Shown here piece by piece: positions 26,186 to 39,830 of a DNA stretch of 64,000 bases (the stretch's first letter is position 1; every line of letters starts with the position of its first letter). The notes beneath the pieces are model-generated. The model did no database searches. It saw only the letters and a program-made list of their open reading frames with translations, and had not been told where the DNA came from. This stretch comes from Dimorphilus gyrociliatus (taxonomy: Eukaryota; Animalia; Annelida): positions 1,240,001-1,304,000 of the forward strand of contig CAJFCJ010000012.1 in NCBI GenBank assembly GCA_904063045.1, given 5' to 3'. Both the position numbers and the translations under genes were made by a program.

Positions 26186-29100
26186 GTTTTAATTGTACAC
26201 CTAAGCATATAATCTAATTATTTATCGCATACATTTATTAACAAGAAAAGAAAGGAAAGAGTTTACGCGCTAATAGAATCATGGAGTGAACGGGACGGGA
26301 GCAATTAATGTCTCTGCTAAAGACAATAGGATCAATTAGTACAAAACAAGCTTATGGGAGCAAGGCTGGAAATTTTTCTACTTTGGTGACAATAGCTTGA
26401 GGGCCGAAATTGGAGATCGATGAATAAACAATATCTATCAATAGAAGAGCATGCAGCTAACACGTTTCGCATTGAACGTCAAACTGACCGCAAAATCTGC
26501 AATTATCTCAACTTACAAAAAAGAAAGAAAAAACAGTCTCGTGCCAAAATTATCTGTGGAAAATATAGAAAGAGTTCGCATCCTTTTGCTAAAAAGGGTC
26601 ATTAATTTTAAATAAACTGAACTTTTAACAACCCCTAAACGTTTTTTGTTATACAATTTCTGAAAGTTTGCCAAGCTTAGGTGGGTTATAAACGTTCAAA
26701 TTTTATGGACGTTCGGACAGTAAAAGGTGTGAGAAATTGCGCTACGAATTGTTCACGGGTCCCTAACTCAATGTCCTTTGAAGTTACAAAACTCCCCTTT
26801 ACTCTCTTCTCTTAATCGGCACGTTCCTACATCGATCTACTAAACATTTTTAATATATTGTAAATGTACAAGCAGAGACGCGTTCATATTCAAAACTGTA
26901 AGGGATTTTGTATTGTTTTTAAAACGCCTCCATTCCCACGTGTGTCGTTTCTTCCGTCAGCCAAATGTATAATTAAAATAAACACTTTCAAATGTGCTAG
27001 CCCGTGTATATGCACGTGTTGAGAATATGAAATGTAATTTTATGTTGGAAGTATACTATATGACAAATATTGAGCATTGTATATATGCATGGCTAACCAT
27101 TCATGGAAAAAGGTTCTATCTCGTTTATCATGAGTATGATAAATGTCTTTAGAGAAAGTTGGCGTCGAAACTAGATCATACATTAAAAAGGAAATTTTAT
27201 ATTTAAGATATTTAAGTAGAGGCGGCAGACGAATCCGTTAGACAAAAAATGCATATCCGCGAAGCAAACGAAATATATAGTTACATAATCTAATTCTTAA
27301 GCAAACTTACCAGTCGATTGAAATTTCAATTCCTCGATTATTTAGAAAATATTCCCTCTTTGTAGGCTGGAAATATTTCAAATATAAGTTGCAGATAAAT
27401 GCTCTGGGTAAATGTAGTTGTTGAAAAATTAGTCTTCTCGAAATAGAACACAAATAGTGCAATTAAATAAAATGCCAAAAATGATTTTTCAGAAAATGCG
27501 TATGCCTTCTCCAACTTTTCAATACAGAATGGCTGTTTCGCTTACAGCGTTTGAACGTTTGGTAAAATTGTGAAAGCTGATTCGTTGAGCAGTTGACTAA
27601 TGACTGAGCCTCTAGGGTGTCACGTGACAGATATGAGAAGGAGGAGGGGGGGTTCCAAGTAACAAAGCTTTTTCAGTGGGGTGGGTAAGAGGGACATTTG
27701 ACCACTGCTCCTGTCGTCTACTATTCCTGTGAAGTTCGTCAGTTTGGTCAGTGTCGTTAAAAGTCAAAGACAATAGATGACTTTAACAATTATGAACAAT
27801 CGTATGAGCGTTGACAGCCACTACCCTCTACAGGGGGTTCTTTTCGTAGCCCGCCCTCCCGCCGTAGGCGACCGCTCGTTTTTTTAAACAGATTGCCAAC
27901 TTCATTACTTGACAGGTTATGACGTAACAGATCGATCGTAACGTAAAACATATACGTTAGTTGGCCTCATATTGTTATGTATTTGATTAATGTCCTGTCG
28001 TTTTTCTATACTGGAAGCTCGTTTATTTGCCATCAACAGTCAGCTGTGTATTTAGGGCAGACGACGAATAATTAACTGCTTTCAATAAATTATCGAAATC
28101 GATTAGGCATTTGTCATTTTAAAAAGCGAAACCTCTTGAAAGAGAAAGCCGAGACGGAGAGTTTCAGGTATTAGTAAGAAATAAATAAAGAAAAGAAGTA
28201 AGGTGCGACTGTTTTTATTCAAAGCAGCCGCTCATTCACTACGGCGAAAACGTTCCATTTCAGCTGTAACAATATTTAGAATGTTTTTGCCAAATCGCGT
28301 CCATAAAAGTAAGCTCGCTTGAGGTTAAAGGTTGGAGGCGGCCGGGATGGACGTTCGATATATGATGGATCAATTAGGGTTAGGGGAATGTTTATAAAAA
28401 TAACAAAGTATCGCACATAGAAGGTCTGCAACTCTGGACACACATATGCACGTATAAAATATACATAAATACATCACGTGCATGTGCCATAAGAGGAATA
28501 AATTTGCAATAAAAATTCGTTCTACTCTATCGACCCTCAATACACTTTCTCATCTCTGTGAATTCAACCAACTGAACATAAAGTTTAGTAATAAAACGGA
28601 ATTACAAACGTCCCTTGCGGACTAAAGGTCTATAGTTTTAAGTCACGTGGTAGTAGCTTACATAATCAAGAAATCGTTCCATCTGTCTACGGTAAGTTAT
28701 CCTGACACGGTGTCTGATTTCGAGTCAATTGCAATAAGGCTAATGAGCGCTTAGTATTAAGAGAGACGCTAAGACCGTATATTTTGACTAATTATTTCGA
28801 ATTAACACACCTGGACGAATTTAACACCCGTTTAAAATCTATCAAACTTTAAGCATTGATGGTCACCTCGATAAGGTTTCAAATTTCTCATAAGCCTTTA
28901 AACCGATATTAGGTCGTTTTCAACGCTAAGAATTTGATCTCTACTCTGCAACTAATTTGCATATAATCTCTTGATAACTTTAATCCGCTAATGCGACAAA
29001 ACAAACGAACAACAATCGAAAAATGCAGCAACAAACAGCTACTGCACCGCTGTAAAGCGACGCAAAGGATTAGATTGTTTACAAGAGCTTCCAACTGTCA

Positions 29101-32100
29101 CAAGGCAACAGGACCCCGCTCCCGAACGCGTTCCTTCCATATGTATATACACGCGCGTAAGAGTTATACACGAAGTAGACAAAGACGAGACAGAACCTCT
29201 TTATTCTACGCCTCCCAGTTCTCACACAGCTTGCCTTGAGTAAACGAATTCGGTTAGATGATCGGTCGATAAGGGGCGCATCTGTTCTGTCTTATAAACT
29301 CTTAAGCGTCGATCCTCATTCCCATCGGTGGCCACTTGTCGAAAGAACGATGACTTCACCCCCGACCTCTTCAATAGTTTACGCTTACCTGTCATATACG
29401 GTCGTTTGACTATTTGATTAATAGTTTACCTTTAGCCTCTGTCATAATTCCCATCTCGATAATCTAATCAGAGCTATTTGAACACCTCTACAAAATAAGT
29501 ACAGGTAATCAAGGGACGAAAGGGATTCAACAGCCTCACAGTTGGATGTCCGATAACGATCCAGAGGCGCCAACGGCATTTCTCTTTCCTAACACCCTAA
29601 ATATAAAAATGCATTAAAAAGTATAAAAGAGAGGAGGAATAATAGGAAGGTACGAAAGATAAGAGGAAGAAATTTAAAGTTCATTCTTCCGCTTTCTCCT
29701 AGTGGACGGTAAAATGAAAAGATCACAAAAAACTAAACAGAAGCCTGTTACATCATAAAAGAAAAACAAAAGCGATAAGAAAAAGGACAGACTTTTAATT
29801 AACTACACGAGCGGTGAAATCGTAATTTCACCTTATAACCGTTACTCCATACTAAGAATTTCCTCTTTTTTTAATACTGTATACTATATATGAGATTAAT
29901 TTCAATCATATATAATAGTCTATGCAATTTATAACTAAATTCCCGTCGCTCAAACCTTTTTTTCACAACAATTTCCAAAATAGAACGTACACAGGTTAAG
30001 AGGCGAGTAAATTAAAGCGTAGACGAACAGCAAACAAGACGAGTGTTTGATAGAGACGGTGGCCCCCTTCCCCTTCTAAAGGGCTCAGTAACTCGAGTGT
30101 ATGTGTACGGAGAGTATTCGGTCCTATTCGGTTCTTTGATCTACTCGTCGCAGCTGTGGCGGACGCTACGTTCACCGTCCTACTATTATGCAACATACCA
30201 AAGAGTGAACCGCAAATTAATTTTGCTTAAAAACGTGCCGACTCAACTCGAAGTCGCGCGTGCGTGAAAATGCCTCTCTTTAATATAATGGGAAGATTTA
30301 CATATTATGCCATTCTCCTCCCTCCGCCTATTCTATTTTTAAGAAAGGAACTCGTTCCGCATTCGATTTTTTTCAACCGTTAAAAATTTCAAATGAATCC
30401 TCATTTCCGTCACGACAAACGGTTGTTTGTCCATATGAGGCAAAAGTGTGTATGGAACGAATTTAAATAAAAAAAACCAGTAAAAAAACCGATTTAGCTT
30501 ATCAGAAAGGATAAGGTAAATGTTTACGCGTAAGGCATTTGATGTGACTTTTCCTTGCCTCCGGCTATTGAAAAAATTCACCACTGGTCACGTCTAAGGT
30601 CGAGCTGCGTGTAATAAATCACCGTTGTAAAATTTCCCATGACTAGAAGAGCATATAACGGCAATAACGGCACGAGCCGTCGTTTGTTTTTAAATCGATT
30701 TGCTACGCTTTCGCTAGTATGTTGTATACAGTATACATACTAATTAATATGCATGAGTGAACTGGTAATTCACCTTTGCGCTCGTATAAGCGTTTGTATT
30801 TATTCCTCTTACCTTTTACCATATAGTAATCGTATCGCTTTCGGCATCACTTTCACTAATTTGCATGCTTATCGTTCTAGTCAAAAGTTTTGAATCTAAA
30901 AAGCGTTCAATTTGGCGATATCACGTTGCGCTTTTTGGTAAAAAAAATTCTTAAGAGTTTTCAAGATTTAACTATGGTCTTTTCTTGTTTTTTTCCCTAT
31001 TCAAGCCCTATACGATATCTATCTTCAATCAGAAGGAAAAACTCGTTCAAATGCTTACATATGGCGGGGCATTTTTCCTTTTTATTACCGCATTCTTTGA
31101 ATCGGTCTTTCTTCCCATTCTCCTCCCCTTTAATAATTGATTTCCTCTACAATCGGTCGCGAGCAATTTTCGAAAGTGTCACAGATAACAAAAGTCGGAG
31201 ATCGAGATCCGAATAAATACTAACCGCCCCACTTTTCACTGTCCAATGCCGCTTTGTAATTATTCGTAGGCAAAAAGCAATTAAAATACGCGGGACCGCC
31301 GTCCTAACATTCCCCAATCTATTTGCACCTAAGCGACCTTTGGTAAACGTGAAGAGATGTCAGTAATGTTGAATAGTACTTAGATAATAATTGATTTAAT
31401 TGCTATACAATTTATTGCTTAATTTAGTCCTGAAAGAATCTCTAGAGGGTAGTCAGTCCCAAATATATTATCTAGGTGAAATCTTATAAAAATAATGAAA
31501 GAATTAACAATACCGTGTGGACGAAGTAACTATGCATCTATATATAATAGCGTTTATACAATTTGACATAAAAAAAACAGGAAAGAAAAATATCGTATCA
31601 CGCGAAGAAGTAGGCTGAAGTAAGTTTATTCCTATAATCATCTCGGCAGATGTTTGCGGCTATACAATAAAATATTAGAATTATCTCTGTTAGACGCGTT
31701 TAATTACCTTCACTTCGAATCGGAGGTAGGTCGGAACCTTTTCGCTCCGATAAATCTCACCTTTAACGATATTACAAACGTATCGTATAACGGTAACGGC
31801 TGCAAAAAGTGTTATAATAAAGTCATTCGGTATCGATTGCCAAATCAATTGAAAATACCGAAATATTATATCTAAACCGTTTTTTGTGTATTATTCTCCT
31901 ATTTGCAATTGTTACTCAAAGAAAAGAGGGGAGGAGTTTGTAATGAATACAATATGAACTCTTAAAAGATTACTTTGAGAGGGTAACGGAAAAAAATACC
32001 TATTAAACGTTAACGGAACTTTACAACCCTGTCCTAATCGTTCAAGCCATCTGCTTTTTATAGAATGGGTAGTGACCCTGTCGCTTTCGGCTATTAGCTT

Positions 32101-33762
32101 TTTCCGGTTGGCCGTAATGATCCCTTAATTAGAGTACTCAGTCAAAAATTATCTCAATCCACCAAAACAACATTCGAGAAATAGAGCGTACTTGTTAATA
32201 GCCGTCTACATATTGTTTGCTAATCGTACTAGTCAGTTTTATTATCATGCTATTAGCCTCAACCGGATATTTATCAAAGAAGGGCAAGGTAAAAATTGTG
32301 ATAGGGAAAATTTTTATATACAGCAGATACATATTTATAATAAGGTCTTTGTTACTTAGTATTTGTAAGAGTTCTTTAATTAAAAAGATGGGTTTGAAAA
32401 GGTGAAAGGAGCTTCATCTGGTAAATTACTATAACAACGTCCCAGCGTTGAAAGAAGGGTGATTGAATTTCTTGACCAGCTTTTATAATGTTAGCGTGGG
32501 ATATGGCCCTAATTTCATGTCTGCACGGGTAAAGCTGTATAATCTCCAAAATAGAGTACTTTCTTACCCTTTCATTTTCGAAATTATACTCCACGAAACC
32601 AAACTTTCCTTCACTTTTGTTGGCGTAAAGTTCAAGCATTCAGATGAGTAATCGTTGAGGGAACAAATAAAGATTCCGCTTTAATTAAACCCATCCGGTC
32701 TAGAATACGGTAATTGAATAGTTAGCATGTAATGAAGGCTTGAGTCCACTTTACCGTAAGGATTCCAAGGCGTTGCTCGGTTAGCCGACATCCGGAAGCA
32801 GCCTATAAGACATCCTGTTTTGGGGGAGGGTTGGCGTGACCAACCCTAAACCCACATGAAATATGGTGCGGGTGACGTTTCCAAGTAGGAAAGCCATCAG
32901 AAAAAGTGCATATGTTTGCCCTTCAAAATTACATCCGCTTTAGCGGCTCTCATTGTCTTCTTTTAATAAACTCCTAATTACTTGCAAAACGGATAAAGAA
33001 CTGCCTACTCGGACACTTAGTTATGCGTTGAGTTGCGCAATTAAACGAAAGATTGTTGAAACAATGGATAATGAGCGGCGCCCCTTTAATTAAGTGTAAA
33101 GTAGGCCAGTAGAATGGAATGTTTACATATCATTACACGCAAGTGTTTAGAAAGGAGCGAAGCTTTGCCATTTTATGCAATTCTACCTTCATATATTGAC
33201 GAAACTGCTATCATTTTCTAACCTTATTGAATTTTTTTGTTGACAATGAAAATTATACGTAAAGTGTTTGAACACTTCTGTCTAATCTTTTTCGCTCCAT
33301 TTAACCTCTATAACAAGTTTTATTATTATTATTATTCAACAGAAGGAGAAGATAAAAAAATGAAAAGATTTTTTTTTAGGAATAAGCCAATAAATTCTCT
33401 TGTTCAAATGTATTCAAATATTTCAAATTTATAAAGTTTAACGAATCATATGACGCGTCGTTGACATCGGTATAGTAAATTGTATACTAAAGAATAATCC
33501 GTTGACTAAATATCTAGTTTGTTCGCTAATTTGTTTACCTGTCGAAACGTAAGACGAAATGTTTTCGAAACAATTAACGATCTCTACCTTGTTGTATACA
33601 CATCGTATGTATATTTCAGGCTACTGACAGATGGATTTAGATAACCATTGTTCAATTCAATTTCTACGTGCCTGAAACGAATGTACGGTTTGTACGTGTA
33701 CGTACACGAAAGGCCACCTATCGTTCATAGAGACTTCTATCATCGGAAATATTTTTAGAACA

Positions 33763-33772
33763 TAGATGGCGC
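33763..33772 (+). promoter_or_regulatory. CTCF/YY1-like motif between the protocadherin upstream region and GABA-B-R3
   Basis: TAGATGGCGC. Confidence 0.35.
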
Positions 33773-34916
33773 TCTACAACGAATATTACATTATAATTTA
33801 GATAAAAGGTTTGTTGTATAAGGTATCATATCTAACTACTATTTCATTTACTACTATGCTTATTAAAGTCTAAAAATATGAAATTTGCTGATTGAGTATT
33901 TTCCGCATGGAATTGAAAGGAAGATTAACTGAACGTACATATATCCACACAGTCATTGTTTAATTGAATCACTATCTAAATTTTGAACGATGTTCGATTT
34001 AAAAAGATCATATGATTTAATATTCTAAATGTAATTAAAAAAGTAGTGAAACTTTCAACTATTGAGATTTATAAGAAAAGGAAGAGCAAACAACAACTGT
34101 TCTAAGTTGTTTTTGGCTGCCTATCCCTTTCCCTAAAGCTCGTTTTTATTTTAAATTGTTAAGATAAATATAAATAGAACGTAGTGAAGGAATGGAAAAC
34201 TAGATGGAGCGTAAGAAACTTAGAAGCTATGACATGTAAAAGAAGAAGAAAGTCTCTGTAGAATATTAAAAGAATCCGTTACGATTATTATACTATGTCA
34301 ATACATATATTTCTTACGTATATACGAATACGACAACGCACGTGCTTAATGGGTTGTACCTTCTTCAAAAAAATAATTATGAAATTTCTTTTGCTTTTAC
34401 AAACAGTCTTTCTTCGTTTACTGTATATAAACAATGGGAGGCTGTTGTTGGTATTGTGCTTTTACCATTATTACATGCGTAGAATTTATTCAATTGACAG
34501 AGTTGGATCATGCGATTTAACACAACTTATTTTTCTCTGACGCTTCTTTAATCTTATTTAATATTTAAGTTGGTTAGGACTAATTTGAAAGATATATTTC
34601 AACACCACCTACTTTCATTTAGAGTCGCTTTTCATTGACTCTTTATTTATTTATTTCTCTCTTCCTCCGTTGTCCATTCCCACTCTATTCCCTATTCCTT
34701 TCCTTTTTTTCCATTTCTCTTTTCTGCTTGTTATTGTGCCAACTGGTGTGCGTGTCTGTCTGTCTGTCTCTCTCGCTCTCTTTCCCCTCCCTCCCTCTAT
34801 CTATATATCGCCGTTTCGCTCTCACGTTCCACACAGCGCCGCCTCAATAGTCGTACTCATTTTCGAACGCTGCTATCGACGGTCAGGATTTTACCTTGGT
34901 TTGAAAAAAGAAAGGA

Positions 34917-37900
34917 ATGTTTGCTTATAGATTATTGATAGGTCATCAATATGCTCTGTTCTTCCTCTGTTTCGGACCATTCAGCTGTGTTGGAAAAGCA
35001 TCTGATTGTTGTTCAAACTCAAATGTGTCTGAAAGGACTCGAAATGGTTTATTAAAAGTGAATATAGGGGGATTATTTGAACTTGAAAATTCAACATCTA
35101 AACCAGAGTTTATAGCTGCAAATCTAGCAATCGATCATGTGAATAAAGGAGGATTCGTACCTGGGATTCGATTATCCTTATTCGAGAATGATACGAAGGT
35201 ATAGAGAAGAGGGAATTGTGTTTACTTTGACGCACAGTCGCTTTGAATATTTTATGAAATAACTATATACATCAATATCCATCGATATCTAATAACGAAT
35301 TTCAGTGTTGTATTACAAAACAAAGCATTCTTAAATCGCTTTGAATATATAGGATTATTAAGTATATTTAAAATATGAACAAAAAACCATTTATCTCTTC
35401 AAATGCATATTTCTCCTCTATATTGTATATATAATTTATTTAATTGCATAATTTCGTATTCTTAATTAACAGTGTGACCCCGGACGAGGAGCTGATGCCT
35501 TCTACGATTTTATGTACAAAAAACCAAAATTGTTCTTTCTAGTTGGAACAAAGTGTTCGGAGGTTGCTAAAGCTCTTGCTGAAATTGTACCCTACTGGAA
35601 TTTGCTATTTGTACATATAAGTCTTTGATCTAAAAATAAATTAAATTTATTAATAAAAAATATATAGAAATACATGTAACTAACTTCTAAAATAGTTAAA
35701 TGTCAAGGTTTTCTTGGCCTTTTGCAGATTTCCTACGGAGCGGTTTCACCAGCTTTAAGTGACCGGGAAAAATACCCAACATTCTTCCGTACAGCAGCAG
35801 CAGACTCTTCTCATAATGATGCTAGAATTCAATTTTTTAGAAATTTTAATTGGAGTACATTTGCAACAATTCATCAAGACCAAGAAATTTTCTCTCTGGT
35901 AAGATTTTACTCATTGGTATCTAGTTAAAGTTTATTATTTATCTTTATTTATGTCTTCATACTGTTTCCTCATTAGTTTATCTTTGTCATCAACTATTTT
36001 TTATTCCTACAATTTCTTTCTTTCATATCCACCCATTCAATTATCCACTTCTCTTTTACTCTCTTTGTCATTGTCGTCTCTGTCTTACTTTGTCGGCGTC
36101 TCTTTCTTTCTCTCTCTCTCTCTTTCGTTCTCTATCTCAAACGCACTCTTGCTGTTTATTAGCATACGAAACTAATTTACATTAACGACTTCACTTTATT
36201 ACCCCTCTTCCTTAATTTCATCTTCTTAGGGGAGTGATTTTTTCAATATCTATTTACATACTATGATTTTTCTTATAATATATATTAGGCAATTAATGAT
36301 CTTACGAGAGCTTTAGAAAAAGCGAATATGACTATTGAAATGGCAACTACTTTCCGGGGAACAGGATCAGATGTCAGTGTCAAAATGAACATGTTGAAGG
36401 TTTTATAAATAATGTATTAGATTTAACAAAAATTACGCAATTATATTGTTTCATTATTAGGAGGCCGATGCGAGAATTATCATAGGATCTTTTCAGGAGG
36501 ATGCTGCAAGACAAGTATTCTGTGAGGTTTGTAGCTTTCCCCTATCTACTTAAGTCCAAACTTAAATTAAAAAAAGATTATCTTTTTGATTAGGCTTATA
36601 AACTTGGATTACATAGTCCACGCTATATTTGGGTTTTACATGGTTGGTATTCTCCTTCATGGTGGAAAGACCCAAAGGGAACTACTTGTAAAAGTGAAGA
36701 ACTTTTAATAGCTGTAGATGGTTATATCAGCGTCGACAGCGTCTCAGTTTTTCGGGATGCGCAAACTTCTGACAAGGGAATTTCTGGATTAACTGCAGAC
36801 GAATTTGCCACATTACTAGCTAAGGAAACAAATCAAATTCCATCAATACACGCTCCACTAGCTTATGATGCCATATGGGCTTTAGCCTATGTTTTACGAA
36901 AATATCAATTAAATAGATATATACCAAAATTGAGCGATTTTAACTATTCAACTAAAAATGGCTCTGAAATTGTCGCACTCCTTTCAAATCTCCTGTCAAA
37001 CCTTGAATTTACTGGAGTATCGGTTAGTTTTCGTAGCTTGATACTTAATGTCTTAGTTTCATTTTCGTAAGAGCTTAATTTTTTTTTACGACGGCTTAAA
37101 GTATATAAGTTAATAAAAATTCAAATTAAGTAGAAAGATTTAATTGAGCTATTGACGAGAAATGGGATTACCAATATATTCTCGTTATTTTTAGGGCCCA
37201 GTTTCCTTTCATGGATCAGATAGGCAGGGCGTAAGCGTTTTGGAGCAAAATCAACGAGGTATGAAGAGAATAGTTGCTTTATTCTATCCAGAAAAGAATA
37301 GTCTTGATTTTAATTGTAAATCCTGTAAACAGATTTACTGGAAGAATGGAAAGGTTAAAGTGTAGAATAAATCTTGTCGTGCGTTTTAATTAACCTTTGA
37401 CATAATCAGGTTCCAAAAGATAAGAAAATGGTAATTACGCAAGCTCAACGAATTGATGAGGATACCTTCATAGCCGTCTGCGTTATATCTATATTTGGAA
37501 TTACGGTTGCTATATCATTTCTCATCTTTAATTTATATTACAGGAAATTAAAGTAAATAAAATCTATTATTAGTTTCAATAGCTAAGATGCTACTTATAA
37601 ATATTCTACTAGTTTTCATTGTCTTATTAAACAGATACATAAAATTATCTAGCCCTAAGTTGAACGATATGGCACTGATTGGTTGTATTCTGGTTTATAC
37701 GTCTGTAATACTATTTGGCCTAGATGATGGTAACGTTAAGGAGGAACATTTTGCGGTAATTTGTTCGGTAAGTCCAATCATTTGTGTTTAAGGCAAGAAG
37801 ATGAAGGAAACGCTCTTTTGTATTTGTATTTCTTGTTTTCTTTTTCTTTACAGTCTAGAGCATTTTTGCTTGCAGCCGGTTTCTCGGCAGCATTTGGCGC

Positions 37901-39709
37901 AATGTTTACGAAAACTTACAGAGTTCACGAGATTTTTACGAGAGCTCACAGTGGCATTATTAGAAGCAAGGTAATTAATCATTAGCCTACTTTTAATTAT
38001 TTCCTATTGAATTTTGCTGTAAATAAAGAAAGCTGAGATATAATTTACAGTTTATTTAAATATTCCTATATTATTCATTCTTCATTAATGTAAATACCAT
38101 TTCGTTTGTCTTCTTTTATCCTTTTCTTCTGTTTTACTGATCTCTAAAATAAAAGAAATTATTATTTACAGTTGCTCAAAGATAAACAGCTATTGACTAT
38201 AATCAGCGCTTTGCTGTTCATCGATTGCGCAATTATATTATTATGGGTGGCTGTCGATCCAATGAAACGGAGAACAAATAATTTCACAAAAGAGGTAGTA
38301 TTATGTAAAATCGGTAGTTTTCTTTTGATTTGTTTATTGATTCTATTTTTAAGAAAGTTTGCTATTTTAAAATATTTCTTCCATTTTTTAATCAAAATAG
38401 TCTGATGACGGTGATGTGACCTATATATACAAGATTTCGCATTGTGACAGTGAACATTCAGATACTTGGCTAGGGGCTCTTTATGCATACAAAGGCGCCT
38501 TATTAATATTTGGAGTCTATATGGCTTGGGAGACGAGACACGTAAAGATTCCTGCTCTCAATGATTCTCATTATATAGGTATGAACGTCTACAACGTCGT
38601 TCTCACTAGTGCAATAGTCGTGGCTCTTTCTAGTATTTTGGCCGATAGGTAAGTACTCTTTATGTACAGCCTTCCGCTGATGAAGAGAATTTTAATTAAG
38701 ATATGGACATTTTTTCACTAACATAAATTGCCGCAGGCCTACTCTTTGTTATGCCGTAGTTAGCGGACTAATTGTTGTATCTACTACCTCTTCTCTTGCT
38801 CTTCTCTTCTTACCGAAGGTTAGTTTGCCTTTTTGCAGTTGTATTATATCTATTCTATTGGAAGAGAACCAGTAAAATTTATCTTTACAATGATAAGGCT
38901 TATTAAGAATGAGAAATAGTAATTGTATACTGCAAAGTAAATAATATCAATTAAAGTAAATGTCAAATATTTTACTTATGTTATAAATGAGTAAAATTCT
39001 GGAAACTATTGAAAATTCCTTGTAAATGCCTTTACAGATCTATGCAATAGTTAAACACAACGGAAATCCAGTTATCGTATCGACTGGAATAACGGTTGAG
39101 GCAAACACCAGGCGTTTCGTAGTAGAAGACAAACGGGAAGTTTATTACCGAGCTCAAGTACAAAATCGCGTTTATAAACGCCAATTAGCCGAGGTTTTAT
39201 ATATTTTTCTTTTATTTTACTTTCTTCCATACTTACAAATTTCCTTTATGCCTGCCCATTAGCAATATTATTTTAATATACCCTTTTAGCTGGATCAAGA
39301 AATAATACATCTACAAGATCTGCTCTCCATTTCTGTTCCACCTGTGGGTCCTCTATCTGAAGATTTACTAGCTCTTTTGCCTATTGGGGAAGGCGAAAGC
39401 AGGGATGAGAATCAGTGCATGATAAGAGATTATGAACTAGAAAGAATCGAAAAGCGGGGAGAGACTAGTAAATTTTTGCGCAAATTTTCTGTAGCAACTC
39501 TTTTAGATAAGAACAATTGGTTATCTAATCAAGGAACTTGCAGTTTAGACGAGAATCGACGAAAATCAGAATGTTTTTATTCAAGTAACGTAGAAGATTT
39601 CCTAAAAGAGTGCCAAGATATCATAAAAAATAGGGATTACCGCGAAAATACACCAACGAGCTCAGTCAGAGGGATTTCTGAATCAAAAGAAGACGAAAGT
39701 TCTCTATGA
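34917..39709 (+). CDS. GABA-B-R3: Metabotropic GABA-B receptor, GABA-B-R3-like subtype (signal peptide, Venus flytrap domain, 7TM, coiled coil)
   Basis: Multi-exon GT-AG model: ENDTK|CDPGRG, GTKCSEVAKALAEIVPYWNL, ISYGAVSPALSDREKYPTFFRT, LSSPKLND, FGAMFTKTYRVHEIF, YAYKGALLIFGVYMAWETRHVKIPALNDSHYIG. The tail NTRRFVVEDKREVYYRAQVQNRVYKRQLAELDQEI closely matches my recollection of the invertebrate R3 subtype. Ends in ESSL*. Confidence 0.88.
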
Positions 39710-39830
39710 CTAATCTACATTCTCTGTATTTTCTCTGTATCAGTCTATTGACTTACATTTTTTGTTTCTTTTCTTAATATTTCTTTTTTTTTTCTTTTTT
39801 TTTTTTTACAAAAAACATACACTAAAAAGT

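Noticed and set aside
28909-33434. ORF-track entries in the protocadherin / GABA-B-R3 intergenic region (for example 28991, 30043, 30890, 32376)
   Set aside because: Short, often non-ATG starts, no domain signatures and no consistent splice chain.
39781-39807. Poly-T tract suggesting a retrocopy polyA tail for the minus-strand receptor
   Set aside because: The gene has many introns, so it is not a processed copy.
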